Source of the DNA: Dimorphilus gyrociliatus
Taxonomy: Eukaryota > Animalia > Annelida
NCBI GenBank assembly: GCA_904063045.1
Contig: CAJFCJ010000001.1
Location: forward strand, 2,480,001 to 2,544,000
Length of the DNA: 64,000 nucleotides
Reading direction: 5' to 3'
A model generated the notes under the pieces. It made no database searches, was not told the origin of the DNA, and saw only the letters and a program-made list of their open reading frames with translations. This document shows, in pieces, positions 25,724 to 38,798 of the stretch (position 1 is its first letter; each line of letters begins with the position of its first letter). The position numbers and the translations under genes are program-made.

Positions 25724-28112
25724 TACAACAAAAAAACTGACTAATATGTAATATTTATTAAATAGTACAGACCTGTAAACGAATATTTTATCTCTCTTGT
25801 ACGTCTTTTACATGAGTTAATGCATAATAAAACGGCAGTTGGTCAGATTACGTGACAACTGCAAAAGGCGTTGCTGCGCTGCGCGCCATAATTGACTGCT
25901 GCAGCCGTCAAGTCGATCAAGTCGAGCTTTAATATATAAAGAAAAAGCTTGCTGTGAAGATTTATTCAAATTTTATTCACGATAGATATAAAAAACCGTC
26001 AGCAAATAATAGGCTGACTGCAGCGATTGCATATAAACAACCACAGGTCTGAAAAGTAAAAACTATAGCGTCTATCTAAGCCTATACGGAGAATCGCTAG
26101 TATTGCAGTTTTACAGTTGTTGCACTGCACCGATAGTGTCATTCAGTCGTTTTTCCTGTCGTGCGCTATTGAGGTGTTTCGCTAAGGTCATGGTCACATG
26201 ATCAATTCTTATTCTAACCACAAGTTTTCCACGGATAATATATTTGTCAACAAAGCTTTATACTTTTCCTGAAACGTTATCTTTCTTTTCTATCTAACTC
26301 TATCTGTTTTCTTAATTTTATTGTCCGTCTTTTTTTTTTTTACTCTTTTTCTCCATCTCTCTTCACTCATTCACTCACTCACTAAGTCACTCACTCATAC
26401 GCACATATATATACACATACACACACATAGTTTCTCCTCTCTCTCTCTCGCTTTCTTTCTTTCCTTTTTGCCCTTCTTTATCTTTCCTTTGTTCTCTACC
26501 TATTTTCTACCAACTCACTTTTTACTCCCCTTTCTATGTCTCGTCTATTTCCTTCCTTCCTTTCCTTAAATCCCGGATATTGCTCGATTAATCTTCAACT
26601 ATGTAATAAACAGAACCTTCCTCCGTAATTTGACTTGAAATCAACAATCTGGTTCCTTATTGCTTGTTAATTAGTATTCGACTGTAGAATCGTCTAATAC
26701 ATATATTCTGCACACTTCCTAAATGGAATTTGACCAGCCTTCTCTTATATCCATGAAATGTATTTTCAGTTTAGCAAGTAGTTGCAGATATTTATTAAAG
26801 TTTTAAATAGGGCACATTGTAAAAATCTCTTAAAAGCAAAGCTTGAGAATAATAAAACCTTATTAAAAATTAAATGTAACAACTTTAATTGTGCAAAATA
26901 CCATCTCTATATCAACATTTAAGAACTATTAGTATTTCTCAGTGACCTATATCTTATTTGTTAAGATCTTTAGAAAAAAATTTCTCACTTTCACGCAACT
27001 TTTTCCAGGTTTCTTTTTTTAGAACAAACAATGATAGTTTAACGGGAAGAAAATACAGAATACTGTCAAAGTGACAGATAGAAGAGCAAGGATAAATGGA
27101 CTTAAGGGTAACAAGTATCATTCTAATTCAAAAAGTGACTATATGTCAAAAGACTAAGCAACTAGCAATTAAATGATAAAACAGAAGTATCTTTCGTTTA
27201 GAAACAAATATGAGTATATGACGTTTTCGGTCTTTATCTTAGTCCATCCTTATTGAGTCTAAGATGGATAATAACCAACCGTTAGATGGCGTTACTATAA
27301 AATACAACTCTCTTCATTTACGTGAAACGTAATAAATTTTCATAAACGGAAACGGCGACTGTATATCTAGCTGCTTTCCGTCGATATCATTGTTTATATA
27401 ACGTCTGTCAATCTTTTTCTATAGACAACCAGCATAAGCCATATAAACAAGGAGTATATATACTGTATATACATGAATGTACAGTATTTATAACTAATAC
27501 ATGCATACTTAACATACAATTGCCTAAAAGACTCCAAGATGTTTATATATATATATATATATATATATAAACAAACGTCTTTATACATTAAGTACATAAA
27601 CTTTTATATACACAATTCTAATATATGCATATACAAAAATATATTAATATCTATTTATATTGGTATTTATATCTATATATTTCATTTACATTAGCTTTAA
27701 CAATATTAATATCATGCTTAAATAAGCGGCTTCCTGACAAAACTTTTTTTTTACTAGGAATCACGTGATTATCTTTCTTTTTCTTCTAGGCTTAATTTTT
27801 CCCTCTGTCACTCTTAAACGAGTGAAAAATAGTGGGAAACATGTGTTTTCCCCCTACTTTGTTTTTCTCTCTCTTTTACCGACGCTATTGTTTTCTTTTT
27901 TTATCTATTCTGAAATAAATAGTAGGGTAATCTAGAAAAAAAACCTATATGCGACAAATTCAATCATTAATTATGTCTGCTAATAGTATACTTAAAGATA
28001 TTATTAGCAAACTTTGACTTTAAACAGCTTTTAAAGTCAATTCTGGTGTAAAACCTTATTTATTCGACATATTTCCTTTGCAATATTAAAAGTATATATA
28101 AAAGGAGTAAAG

Positions 28113-28149
<37 letters not shown>

Positions 28150-28395
28150 CGAAGGAAAAGAGAAAAGAGTTCGAAAAGGACTCAATTTAAAATAACATAT
28201 ACCACGTGATTTATGATGAAAGCTTAATGAAGCAATTGAAAGTCTTTCTCCTATTTATTTTCAATGTGAGCTATATAGTAGAAAGATACGATATAGAGAT
28301 AATAATTGAAAGAGTTAAGTTGGCGAATTATCCCAATATATGAAAGATTGAAGCTGGAGATATATATTTATATATATATATATATATAGATAGAG

Positions 28396-28396
<1 letters not shown>

Positions 28397-28435
<39 letters not shown>
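28397..28435. repeat. (GATA)7 followed by (GA)n, compound microsatellite
   Basis: Read directly. Confidence 0.9.
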
Positions 28436-28436
<1 letters not shown>

Positions 28437-29614
28437 ATAACAGTATACAATTGTATATACTTATAAAATTAAAAAAAAATCTTTCTTTCTCCTCTTAAAA
28501 AAACGTACATAAAGAAAAAATATAGAAATTGTAATTTAAAAGGGAAACCGCCCATTTTTTGTAATAGCAACCGACATAATAAATACTCAGGTAAGGAAAA
28601 GAGACGGCGGGAGATTCTTTTAAGTATGTATTGTAAGTAAAAAATTTCTGGAGAAAGAAATTCGTCGTGTATACTTACATATAAAGTTTTCGCGGCATGA
28701 AAAGGAAATCATGTTATATCCCGAAACGAAGCGTTTCGCTGTATACTCGACTGCAAAGTGCAAACAAGAATTGATGATTGTGGCTCCGTCTGGTAGTCAG
28801 CTAACAGGTGACAGCGTTCGCGTCGCGGTCATCGTAAAAGATGGCAGCTTCGATCATTAGGGCTTGATCGTCCTTTGATAAAACGGCGCTTTTATCCCAA
28901 CCGCCTTTAATCCGACGTTTGATATACGAGTTTTCCTATGGCTAATAGGTTTCGACGCTCGAATCTTTCCAAACGCCCTCTCCCCCCCTTTTCTTCATCA
29001 GTTTGTGTTTTAAGTGGCACGAGCGACAAAATCACTCAAGTGATTTCGTTAGCACTAATTACATACAAGGTACTGAAGTGTCTGCGTTTATTAGAATGTT
29101 TATATTTTACTTTCCTTACCAGCGTAAAATTCTTAGCGACAAGTTATATAGGCAATAAACCGGCCTATGCCTTGTTAATTGACAATATCCAGTATATATA
29201 TATATATATATATATACATATATACTGTATATATACTAATATTCAACGTGAAATAACTAAAACAACTTGCGTATACTTTAGTAACGCCCTCTAGCGAATT
29301 GTTCACGTTCAGAAAACGCTTCAAACACACATAAAACCTCGATATTTTATTAGTTGATTATCAATTTTGTTATTAAATAACTCGAATAGTCTGTTTTTGC
29401 CTTGAGCATTTTCTCAATTTATCATCGGTGTTCAACAGGTTAATTGCATCTATTCTACACTTTTGTACTTAACAGTGTATATTTTTTATACTATTACTCT
29501 CCCTTTTATCTTATGTACTTGCGTCTTTCTCACTTTTAAGAAAAGAAGGTCAGAATTAAAACTTTGTTTTCTGCATTTATCATCAATTTCGTAGAGGGAG
29601 AGAAAGAGAGGAAA

Positions 29615-29646
<32 letters not shown>

Positions 29647-31762
29647 AGAATGGCGTAAAATACACAGTGATTTATAAATATTTTCAGGTATTCTAAAAGT
29701 AAGAACGACTGTAAGTTAGATAGATAGATAAGTAGGAAAACAGAGAAAGAGAGAGAGAGAGAGAGCGAAACCCAACCTGGAAAGAGAGCGTAGAGGAGAG
29801 GAGGGGTTGGGAAAAAATAACAGAAATGAAGCATCTTTAGCAAACTTCTATCATCGTTGAATACTTTTTAAAAGGATAAAGAAAAAACCAAGAGAAAAAA
29901 AAATCCTACTAGAACGGAAATAAATAATAAATGAAAAAAAAAGAATACGTCAAATGTTACCAATTAGCGGACAGGGTTTATATTGTACTTTCAAAGCCCA
30001 TTATTAAGCTTTTTCCATGAAAAATCTCTGGAAATTGTACTTCTTTAACCTTCGTTTAAAAATCTTATTAGTTCCTTTTTTTTCTACTTGTACTAAAACG
30101 AGTAAGAAAGTTATAGATAGATTTGAGAAGGGTAAAAAAAATCTACTCCCAGCAACGTTGCCTGGATTATTTAGTAAAGGTAATTTATACACAATATATT
30201 TTATATGGGTATATAAAAAAAACGTTGATTAATTAACATGAACGATTTCTTGGACAATTTATAATATAATTTACGAAGAAGGGAATAAATTATCCAATAT
30301 AATTAAGGATACAATTATTTCAATTCTCATTATCATCCTTCTTCTCGTTCTACTTATTACTATTATTATACTATTACCCGTGTCATCATCATGTTCCTCC
30401 CTTCCCATTCTACTATTTTATTTTTTGTTGCCTCACTTCGCCTCCCTTTTCAATTATAAACGATAATTTGAAGAACTAGGAAAGTGAGAGTTGGTCAGCA
30501 CGAGAAAAAAACGAAGGATAGAATTGAGAAGAACTTTCAGACTGTTCATTAACCATCATTAATAAATAAACGCACAAACTAATTACTTATTACCTTAGTT
30601 TTTTCCTCTATAATTAAAAGAGGAAGAAAGAAATACTGTTTAGATACAAAGCCTTTTCTTCATTTTGTTTTTTATTTCAACTTAAATTATATAGTGTGTT
30701 ACAGGTAGAATAAGGTTTCTGACAGAAGAAAGTGAAGTTGAAGCCTTTTTCTCCTATTCAGTTTACTTTTTAGTTTAAAGACATAAAGAATGAAAATACA
30801 GGAAAAGAGATTGAGAGAGAAAGAAAGAAAGAGAAAAGAACTGATGAAAAAATATATACTAATGAAAATGTTAGTCTTTTATATTAAATTAATAAAGTGT
30901 AACATTTTGTAAATACACCTTTAGAGGAGTATTAACAAAGATCTAGGACTTTTGAAAGAATCTTATAATAGTATATCGGATATAGACGAATGTTGAGGAA
31001 ATCGACGCCGACAATTCCATCTCTTTGATCTATTTTAACGAACGCTGCTCAGAAATCAAATTTGTCGATTTTCCTTCCTTTTCAATGACATGTTGTGAAT
31101 TGAAAAGAATAGGCGTATCCGACTTGAGCGACAGGGCATATCGCTTAGAATCGTTTAAGGTTGATTCATATGGAAAAGATGCTAAATGTCTGAAGGTAAA
31201 ATAACTGATAATGAAACTCGATCAAGGATCGGTAATAATTAATAGAAATACCAATCCCTGCATGTATTACGTTTTTTAACAACATCGAACATTCTGCTTT
31301 TAGACTAATAAATGGAACGCATTTATTATATCTCATTCCGGACTTTGTTGTCAAGTCGGCTTTTTAGATAATTTCGCTGTCATCCTGGGAGTTCAGCGCC
31401 CTATGAGGACAAACGGAGGGATCAGGGAAGGTCTTTTCCTATAGAAAAGACCAATAAAACGTAAAAATAACTAAAGTATTAATTATTTATCAAGAATGCC
31501 CGAATAGGCTTGCTTTAATATCGACCAAAAAAAAAATTATATTAATTCCTCTTCGATTATAAAATACATCGATACGGATCATTAGGTTACTAAACCGATG
31601 GAATATTTTCATATATGACAAAAAAAAGTTTCAATTTCTTTCCAATTAATTACATCAATATGTTACAAAAATTCGAATAAAATACAGAATAAGTGAAGAA
31701 ACGAGAGAGAGAGAGAAAAAAAGAAAAAAACAGAATAGCATAAAATATAAAATAAATACTTC

Positions 31763-31886
31763 CTAAGTTCGGATTTGAAATTTTCCAGCTCTGGTTACGT
31801 ACTTGACTCCTTTAAATGGCTTATATTTCTGTAAGAAGGGTAGAGAAGAGCCAAAAAAGAAAAAGAAAATACAATTTAATATATTA

Positions 31887-31936
<50 letters not shown>

Positions 31937-34900
31937 TGTATATATTGCTTTTTATTAAAGCAAAACTAGAATTATTCTATTTAAAAATAATAAATAAATA
32001 TATATATATATATATAAATATTGCGTTCATATCCAATCCTTTATATATAATATACAGTATAGTAGAAAAACTTCCATATCTTATATATATATATAATGTA
32101 TTAATTTTTTCCTTTATTATATATAAAGCTATAAATAATAATTAAAAAAAAATTATATAAAAATCTTTATTTATATATTTTGTGTTTATTTAATGAAGGA
32201 AGCCATTGCTAAATCATTAATTATTTCTTTTTTCTCTAACACCCTCCCCTCTCTTCCCTATTGAGTATATTTCAAAGATTATCTTAAAATAAAAAAATCC
32301 ACCTTATTGATAAAAGAAACCAAACCAGTTTTTTGCCTTACCCCATTAAGAAAATCAACACGTTTTCCATTCTGTTATTTTAGCAATAGCAAAAGATATG
32401 TAGATATTGAGCATCTGCATTTACCGTCTAACGATCAGTTCGAATTATTTTCTTCTTTTTATTTTCGTAAATAAATAAATAAATATGCAATATATGTTTC
32501 CACACATAAGGGGATATATATATATAAACAATAGTTTATATATTGATATGTGCCATATACTTGAATATTTATTAAACTACGTTTAGATATGTGTTTATTA
32601 ACAACAATATAAGAATAAAGGTATAAAATAAAAGAGCTTATAATAGTTTCCTTCGAATATCGACAAACAAACTAATCGGTAGACGGCGTAAAACATTCAG
32701 AGGAAAACGTAAAACGTGAGTATTTAGCGTATTTCCTCTGAAAAGCTATTCATTTTTTTATCCTTATATATACAGTATATATATATATATATATACTGTA
32801 TGGAGAGAGATAAATAGATAGCAGCTATCTAAAGGATTTATAGTGATGCATATATAAAAGCATAACTTTTAAAAACTTATAACCTTATAATACTAATACA
32901 TAATAATAGTATATAAGATTTAAACCATGGATATAATCCAACGTTTGATTAAAGAGAACAGACGATTTTTATATTAAATGAAAAGGAAACTTACCTCTCC
33001 GTACATATCCAATCGATTTACTTTTATGCCCGACACTGCCAATTGACTAATAGAAAAGTGTACCTAATGAAAGAGAATAAAGATAGAATGAAAAAAAAAG
33101 AAAAAAAAATAACCATCTATGTATATACAGTACATTAAGAATAAAACACAAGAAGTGTACTACATACATACTACGGTATATGTACATTAATGCATTTATT
33201 AATGTATAGCATATAGTCACACCTTCTGCGCTTAATATTTACAATTTATTAAGTATTTACGCTTGATTAAGTTTAGTTTAAAAATATTATAATTTCATAT
33301 TTTACCGATATTGTTGGATTTGAATCAGGAATTGGGCATCCGGATTGTAAAGTTATCTGTAAAAACATCACTAATTACATCGCTAAAGCCGTACGTAGTT
33401 GAATGTATTGGTTGGAGGGCAATAAATAAATAGGCCTAATTTGACTATCATTAGTATGTGACGGGTACAGGCTCTTACTGAATGAAATTAGGCCAATTTT
33501 ATTTAGCGTCAAGTGGTTTGCTATGCGAAATGTGTGAAAGTAATATGCGCTAAAGGTTAATTGTAAATTTTTCTTTAAGAGAGACAACTAACATTTCCTC
33601 GGATAGAAGGCAACTTCTGAACATCTATTTTACCAACGTCCCAATTCATAACTTTTGTAACAGGATCAAAAGAATATTTTCCCTGAGTAGGTGTGAGCGA
33701 AACATTTAATATAGACTTGCTGAATGGAATTTCTATGGAAACATTATCGACCTGAAGAATAAATAAATTATTCAATTTTCCTTTAATATGACCATTTAAT
33801 CAAGTATTTATTTTTACAGTTTTTCCCATAGTCTGCTTAGGGGCAATAGACATTTCTAGTCGACCAGAACTACCTTCTCTAAAGGAAATATTATGACGAA
33901 CCATTATGGGAATGGCGACGAGACTGTTTTAAAAAAGAGAAAATATATATATTACATATAAAGTAGTACAGAAAAATAAATTACAAGATGTTTAAGTACA
34001 GGGTACTGTATAAGGTTATTGGAAAAAGAAAATTTTTCTATATTGCCGTATATATCATCTATATTATAATTTATATTTGTAATATGAAACTTAAACCATT
34101 CAACTTACTTTTGACTGCCAATGTGATACGAAATTAGTCTAAAATTACCATCTGGTGGCACGAATGATAAGACTTTCTCACTCTGTAAAATGTAAATACG
34201 TAAAAAATTTAAGTATTAAAGCAATATATCGCATACAATACTATGTATACGTTATAATGCATGCATATATACAGTATATATCTTTAATAATAATTTATAA
34301 ATATTCACCTCCCAACGTTTGAACCTAACGCAAGGATGAAAGCTAATATCATCCAATAATCGAGGGTTTGTGAATGTCAATGTCAAGTCAGGCATTCCAG
34401 ATAATTTAATTAAGCAATCGATCTAGTTGAAACAAATTAAGGAATTTTAATAATATTATATAGAGGTATATATAACTACATATATATATATATGTATATA
34501 TTTACACTAATTAATATTATACAATATATCAAAGTATTCTGCTATATTAACATACTTTATGTACTACATTAAAAAATGATGTATAATAATAATTAAATAC
34601 TTACATAACCTTCGATTTCTGCGGTAACAGTCGATCCAGACTTATCGATAATTGCGTCGATTTCCTCTATCAAATCGAAATAAGCCTCGTTATTTGTGTA
34701 CTTAACCCCTGTCCTTCGCCATGGAATGTTAGACAATTGACCAGTAGGCAAAGTTGAACTTACGCTGAAGTTATAAAATAAACAATTAAATTATGCTACT
34801 AAAAAGTAGAAATCACTAATAATTAGAGTATACTTAAAAAACGAAAAAAAGAAGATAAAAGAGAAGAAGATTTGCATAGAGAAAATTATACTTATATATA

Positions 34901-36572
34901 TATATATACTGTATATATATAGTGAATAAATATATAAGGAAATCAGATTTGTGTATCTTGTTATCTATAAAATATACAGTACTATAAGAAAGCTCATTCT
35001 CTATATAAACTGTATACTGTATACATGTATATATACTGCATATATAGATGTAATCTTTGAGTATACACATATATAAACTATCTACGTACGACGTGCTTTT
35101 TCCAGTAACCGTGTCTGTTAGTGTTCGAAGAATATTTGGTGGTCTAATAAGCTCTTTTAAGATGTTTGATTCAGTTGCCAAAGGAAAGCCATTATCCAGC
35201 ATCTCATCAAGCAGCTGTTCATTACATAAATCACCCATCACCAATAGCATAAGATCATTCAAGTATTTAAAACATATGCAATAATAATAATAATAATAAC
35301 AGAATAGAATAAAAGAGTAGAAAGATAGCAGATATTATAGATCAAACTATAAATCACGCTTTTTGTCTTCTCTATTATTATTTCCTCGAATTCGTAATAA
35401 ATCTTTCAAAGATATATTATAAATGTATAAGTATATTAAATTACAATATATGATTAATAAAACTAAGAACTTTTTAAGGATTCTATCGTATTTAATTTTT
35501 TTTAATCTTTAATGAAAGCCTTAGGACGGATTCGATTATTGAGATTTGATAAAAAGCTGATCAATTCCTTCAAGAGCTATAAAATTCCCATAAAAAAAAT
35601 CATTCTCTTAGCAACTCACGTATCTGAAATACCAGTTACTTTCGATTTAATTTTACTAAATCGAGAAGGTCTTTTTATAAGCTCTTGTAAAAAGTTACTT
35701 TCCGTTGCCATTGGATAGCCATTATCTAACATTTCGTCCAGGAGCTTATTTCGAAATAGATGGTAAAAAATCTTCAATACGTCTATCACCTTACCTCATA
35801 GACAATAACGTAGTTATCCTTAATTGTAGCCTCTGTACATTCGGTAAAGTAGTCGGAGAATGTGTCAACTACTCTATGTAGAAATTCAATTACGAAGAGA
35901 GGAGGAACTTTATTGTGGAAGGGAAGAAAAATATTTTTTATTAACTTTTAGAACTTATCGAAAAACTTATAATCAAATAGTTCGCTTTAGAATATATAGA
36001 ATCGCAATCGAACGATTTATCCAATTAGGAATAGTTGTTATTAATTACATCAGAATATTACATTTCTAATCTCTATAAAGTTGCTATAATTTCCAATTAC
36101 TCGTTTAATATTTTCTTTAAATATTGACACTATTATTCTTTAATCATATTGTTAAGTTTACCTTCTGTAGTTACAACTGCGACCAAAAATATCTTGTGTT
36201 TATATATATTAATCAGATAGTGATGAGGTGTTGGTATAACTGATGGAACATCCTCTGGAGTTGCAGCCTATTTTTAAATTTAATTTTAATAGGATATAAG
36301 ATTAAAACGGAAATTGCCTGAATACCTTCGTCTGAGCTTCAAAGAAATAATCGCATATTGATCTATGTATTATACTTTTCCAATGCTTTTCCATAAATAC
36401 ATCCCTATAGAATGACCCGTTTAGTAATATTTATGCTTATTCAACACGTAATTTATAAAAACATGTTCAACTACATTACAAGAAGAACAGTATTTTTAAG
36501 TCAAAAATTTTATTTTGGAAGTATTAATTCTACTGACCCAGATCCATTGATAATAAATAAACTATGAATCAT
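31763..36572 (-). CDS. AP3M1: AP-3 complex subunit mu; multi-exon, with two alternative copies of one internal exon (35744-35620 and 35214-35090)
   Basis: MIHSLFIINGSGDVFMEKHWKS, VPPLFVIEFLHRV, LLDEMLDNGFPLATESNILKELI, IPWRRTGVKYTNNEAYFD, VSGIKVNRLDMYGE, KYKPFKGVKYVTRAGKFQIRT* (stop 31763-31765). Confidence 0.95.
31891..31932. repeat. (AT)21 microsatellite
   Basis: Read directly; one of many (TA)n tracts in introns and intergenic DNA. Confidence 0.95.
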
Positions 36573-36890
36573 GTTTTTGTTGAACGTCAAAGGTTTATAA
36601 TTGAAATTCGAATATTAACACTAATAACTACTATAGTGTTCCCAAAACTGCGGGTGAACAGAAACGGAAATGCAATGTGTAAGTATAAATATGGTTCTTG
36701 TATAGACTAATAATTTGTCGTAAAACTAATATGGTTTGACGTTCTAATCCCGTTTATCTAAAATAAAAATTCACGAGGAATCGGATACCGTATGATATAG
36801 TTATATTTTACCGAAATTATGGTAATTCTGATGAATTTTGAAGAATTTAGTTTTAAATGCTAATACTTAGTTGTCTTATCATGACGTTTT

Positions 36891-38798
36891 ATGTCAACTT
36901 TTTCCTTGAAAATTGGAGGAGAATTTCGGTTAGCATGATTAATTTAACCTAGTCAATTTTATTTCTAACGAAGCCATGCAATTCTAAAAAAAAACCGCTT
37001 ATTGATTATCTGTTGCTTCAGCATTTTAACATCGTCTAATACATCTTTACTAATAATGACAAGGTTTGGAAAATACCTCATTCATGTAGTTAAATTCACC
37101 TTAGTTATATATATATATATTTATAAACTGCAACACGAAATTTAGATTCCCATCCCCTCCCTTAAATATTTCAATGTTTTCACTGCCCTGCATAAATTTC
37201 CATATCAAATCTTAAGCAACGAAAAAAATTCTTAATTTTACTATTATTACTTATTTAGCGTTACAAAATCGGTCCAGCTGGATGTTGTGGAGTTGCTCAA
37301 ACAAGTCCTTCAATGGACTCCATTCTCTAAACCTGGTCTCAACACAGCTCTGTTACAAGCCGCTAAAGTAGGATCTACTGGTTGCGTGAGGGTCTTACTG
37401 AGTGCTGGGGCAGATGTCGATTATGAGGATGAAGTAGGTGATACAGCCTTTGTACACGCCTTTCGAGCTAGGCATTCTGAAATAATGCGCGTTTTATGTG
37501 ACGCTGGAGCAACAACCGAAATAGCTAAAATGAGTGTTGCACTTGCAACACGTGATCCTGAATTTGTAAAATTATGTGTTGAATTAGAAATACCAATTGA
37601 AAATGAAGATTGGAATAGTGCAAGTGGTGAAGAAGTTCTTATACTCCTTCGAGATCTGCAAATCGATCCATTCTGTGGAACTTACGGATTGCACGATTTT
37701 GCCGATAGCCCCTTTATGTACTTGGTTCAAGAGGGAAAGCCAGAAATTGTTCAATTATTATTTGATCGACATCCTTGCATCGACAAATACAGTGAAGAAG
37801 ATTTACAAATGAAAATGAACCAAGCTCTATGGAAAGCTATAAGATTCAAAAGATTAGATAATGTCAAAGTAATTGTAGAAAGCTTACATGCCGATATAAG
37901 AGCCATGGATGCAAAGGGACGTTGTGCAGTATTGATAGCTTGCGAACACGATGAAACCATTGCCAAGTATTTCTTTAAAGAGCACGGTGCAGATCCTAAT
38001 AGTATAGATTCTAAAGGTTTAGGCTGCTTACATTGGGCAGCTCATGTAGGCTTGATCTCACTCTGTGAAGACCTGATAAATAGGGGCGTCTCCGTTGAAA
38101 GAGAGGCGTCTTTAGGGGCAACCTGTTTAATGGTGGCCTGTTCTGGTAGTCATACAGAGGTTGCAAAACTCTTTCTGGAAGCTGGTTGCGATGTGAACAG
38201 AGGAACACCGGAAGGGTGGACAGCGTTGCATGTTGCGACTCAGGCTTCTTCTCCTGATCTCGTTCAGTTACTGCTTGAAGCGGGCGCCGAACCAAACGTC
38301 GCCTCTACTGCCCTTACTCACGGAGACGACGCTGTCTGGGCCAGTACACCTCTTCTCATATCCATATCACTTGGAAGTAAAGAAATGCTTCGACACTTAC
38401 TCGATTATAATGCTGCTATGGACCAGGAGGGTTTGGTTTGTACTAATCCTACTGTTGATATAAGAAAAAGATCTCCTCTACAACATGCTGTACAATGCAG
38501 AGCATGGGATATTGTTGAAGTTCTTGTGAAAGCTGGTTGTGAAATTGCCAGTATACAAGACTGGTTAGATGCTGGTAAGATTCCCGATAATTTTATTGAA
38601 AGCGATAAGATAGAGTGGTTAAGACGTTTAGCCGTCAATACTCGTCTACCCTCTTTGAAAACGTTAGCAAGAAAAGCTGCTAGAGCTAAATTTGGAAACG
38701 AATTGAAGAAGATGCTTGATTTTCTTAGACCGTCAACAACCGTTCGACGACTACTTCTACTTAGAGACCTATTTTCAGATTCTAGCGTAGAAGTTTGA
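36891..38798 (+). CDS. Ankyrin-repeat protein with degenerate C-terminal SOCS box (ASB-like); probable exon 1 at 36891-36928, main exon 37259-38798
   Basis: Multiple ankyrin repeats (TALLQAAKVG, GCLHWAAHVG, TCLMVACSG, TALHVATQ, TPLLISIS) and a SOCS-like LPSLKTLARKAAR. Start exon inferred from the matching phase-2 donor CG|gttagc. Head-to-head with AP3M, about 320 bp apart. Confidence 0.8.

Noticed and set aside
28848-28870. GATC-N10-GATC as the 7SK HEXIM-binding stem
   Set aside because: No 7SK 5'/3' terminal pairing, 3' hairpin or Pol III terminator context could be identified.
15091-30232. Many 60-120 aa ORFs rich in F/L/S/I/Y (e.g. 15890, 17366, 23483, 26321, 27394, 28938, 29583, 30004)
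   Set aside because: They run through CT/GA/TA microsatellites and poly-T tracts, with no recognisable motifs or consistent exon structure.
31430-31452. GGTCTTTTC-ctata-GAAAAGACC stem-loop resembling a histone 3' stem-loop or terminator
   Set aside because: Wrong stem and loop geometry (9 bp / 5 nt instead of 6 bp / 4 nt) and no histone ORF upstream; bacterial terminators are irrelevant in this eukaryotic DNA.
32385-32432. Possible alternative last exon of AP3M (TVNADAQYLHIFCYC*)
   Set aside because: It would delete the highly conserved C-terminal beta-strand; the only support is a chance AG.
32769-32800. TACAGTA(TA)nTACTGTA resembling a bacterial LexA/SOS box
   Set aside because: Eukaryotic intron, and the half-sites are in the opposite orientation; better explained as two footprint-like motifs in a TA tract.
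37597-38638. Short ORFs overlapping the ankyrin exon; similar ORFs over the GPCR, TMEM135, methyltransferase, kinase and GRL101 exons
   Set aside because: Off-frame or antisense shadows of confidently assigned coding exons.
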